The notes beneath the pieces are model-generated. The model was given only the letters and a program-made list of their open reading frames with translations, did no database searches and was not told the DNA's origin. Below are positions 62,360 to 64,000 of a stretch of DNA of 64,000 nt, one piece after another (positions within the stretch are counted from its first letter, which is position 1; each line of letters begins with the position of its first letter). Position numbers and translations under genes: made by a program. Source of the stretch: Mobula hypostoma (Eukaryota); contig NC_086109.1 of the NCBI RefSeq assembly GCF_963921235.1, positions 12,896,001 through 12,960,000 of the forward strand, read 5' to 3'.

Positions 62360-64000
62360 TCTATAGAACTATAGAACACAACAGCGCAGAAAACAGGCCA
62401 TTCGGCCCATCTAGTCCGCTAGTCCCATTGACATGCACCCAGTCCATAACCCTCCAGACCTCTCCAATCCGTGTATCTATCCAATTTATTCTTAAAACTT
62501 AAGAGTGAGCCCGCATTCACCACGTCAAATGGCAGCTCGTTCCACACTCCCACCACTCTCTGAGTGAAGAAGTTCCCCCTAAACCTTTCCCCTTTCACCC
62601 TAAAGCCATGTCCTCTCATACTTATCTCTCCTAATCTAAGTGGAAAGAGCCTACTCGCATTTACTCTGTCTGTACCCCTCATAATTTTGTAAACCTCTAT
62701 CAAATCTCCCTTCATTCTTCTATGCTCCAAGGAATAAAATCCTAACCTGTTCAATCCTTCCCTGTAACTCAACTCCTGAAGACCCGGCAACATCCTAGTA
62801 AATCTTCTCTGCACTCTTTCAATCTTACTGATATCCTTCCTATAGTTAGGTGACCAGCACTGTACACAATACTCCAAATTTGGCCTCATCAATCTTATGC
62901 AACCTCACCATAACATCCCAACTCCAATACTTAATACTTTGATTTATGAATGCTAGGATGTCAAAAGCCTTCTTTACAACCCTGTCTACCTGTGACGCCA
63001 TTTTCAGGGAATTATGTATCTGAACTCCCAGATCCCTTTGTTCCTCTGCACTCCTCAGTACCCTACCATTTACTGTGTATATCCTACCTTGATTTGTCCT
63101 TCCAGAATGCAACACTTCACATTTGTCTGCATTAAATTCCATTTGCCATTTTCTGGCCCATTTTTCCAGTTGGTCCAGATCCCACTGCAAGCTTTCAAAG
63201 CCTTCCTCGCTGTCTACAACGCCTCCAATCTTAGTGTCATCAGCAAACTTGCTGATCCAATTTACCACATTATTATCTAGATCATTGGTATAGACAACAA
63301 ACAACAATTGTCCTAGCACAGATCCCTGAGGCACACCACTAGTCACAGGCCTCCAGTCTGAGAACAACATGAGCTACCCTCCAGTCCTCCGGCACCACAC
63401 CCGTGGCGAAGGACATTTTAAGTATTTCTGCCAGGGCCCCTGCAATTTCTACACTAGTCTCTCTCAAGGTCCGAGGAAATATCCTGTCAGGCCCAGGGGA
63501 TTTATTTACCTTTATTCGCTGTAAGGCAGCAAGCACCTTCTCCTCTTTAATCTCTATATGTTCCATGACACTACTGCTTGTTTCCCTTCCTTCCATATAC
63601 ACTATGCCAGTTTTCTGAGTAAATACTGATGCAAAAAAACTGTTTAAGATGTCCCCCATCTCCTGAGGCTCCACACATAGACGACCACTCTGATCTTCGA
63701 GGGGATCAATTTTGTCCCTTACTATTCTTTTACTCTTAACATACTTGTAGAAACCCTTCGGGTTTACCTTCACATTATCTGCCAAAGCAACCTCACGTCT
63801 TCTTTTTGCCTTCCTGATTTTCTTTAGTATTTTCTTACATTTTCTATGCTCTTCAAGTTTCTCATTTGTTCCTTGTTGCCTATAACTGCTATACACCTCT
63901 CTCTTTTTCTTAACTAGATCACCAATATCCCTTGAAAACCAAGGTTCCCTATGCCTGTTAACTTTGCCTTTAATCCAGGCAGGAACTTGGCACTCTTAGC
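62360..64000 (-). mobile_element. CR1 LINE RT region and 3' end, running off the window
   Basis: WRPVTSGVPQGSVLG.LLFVVY.NDLD...KFADDTKIGG; RPNLEYCVQ.WSP. Confidence 0.92.

Overview
Eukaryotic, repeat-rich vertebrate DNA. The CR1, Rex1/Babar, Penelope, Tc1/Tigger and Gypsy content points to a cartilaginous fish, probably a batoid (inference). The core is a plus-strand tandem cluster of immunoglobulin-superfamily receptor genes, found by splicing by eye. It is built from 40-nt leader exons, 321-nt phase-1/phase-1 CD300/pIgR-type V exons in two subtypes, 318-321-nt FcR-like C2 exons in two subtypes, and a candidate transmembrane exon carrying basic residues. Three units are visible. Unit 1: intact leader at 7627 plus a wrecked V at about 9750. 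Unit 2 (20035-30859): leader with a GT>GG dead donor, V-A, pseudo-C2a, V-B, half V-A, C2b with a stop exactly at the end of the domain, TM. Unit 3 (40433-61747): intact leader-V-C2-V-C2 of 440 codons, then a half V-B and a TM exon that is out of phase with the ectodomain. The architecture resembles the skate MDIR (modular domain immune-type receptor) family. Best leads: possible secreted/decoy products, including a cross-unit splice that could rescue unit 2; amino-acid-biased divergence of the V domains; and an apparently intact minimal hammerhead ribozyme in an intronic Penelope element. Most long ORFs in the supplied track are transposon remnants or tandem-repeat artefacts. All coordinates and counts are hand-derived.
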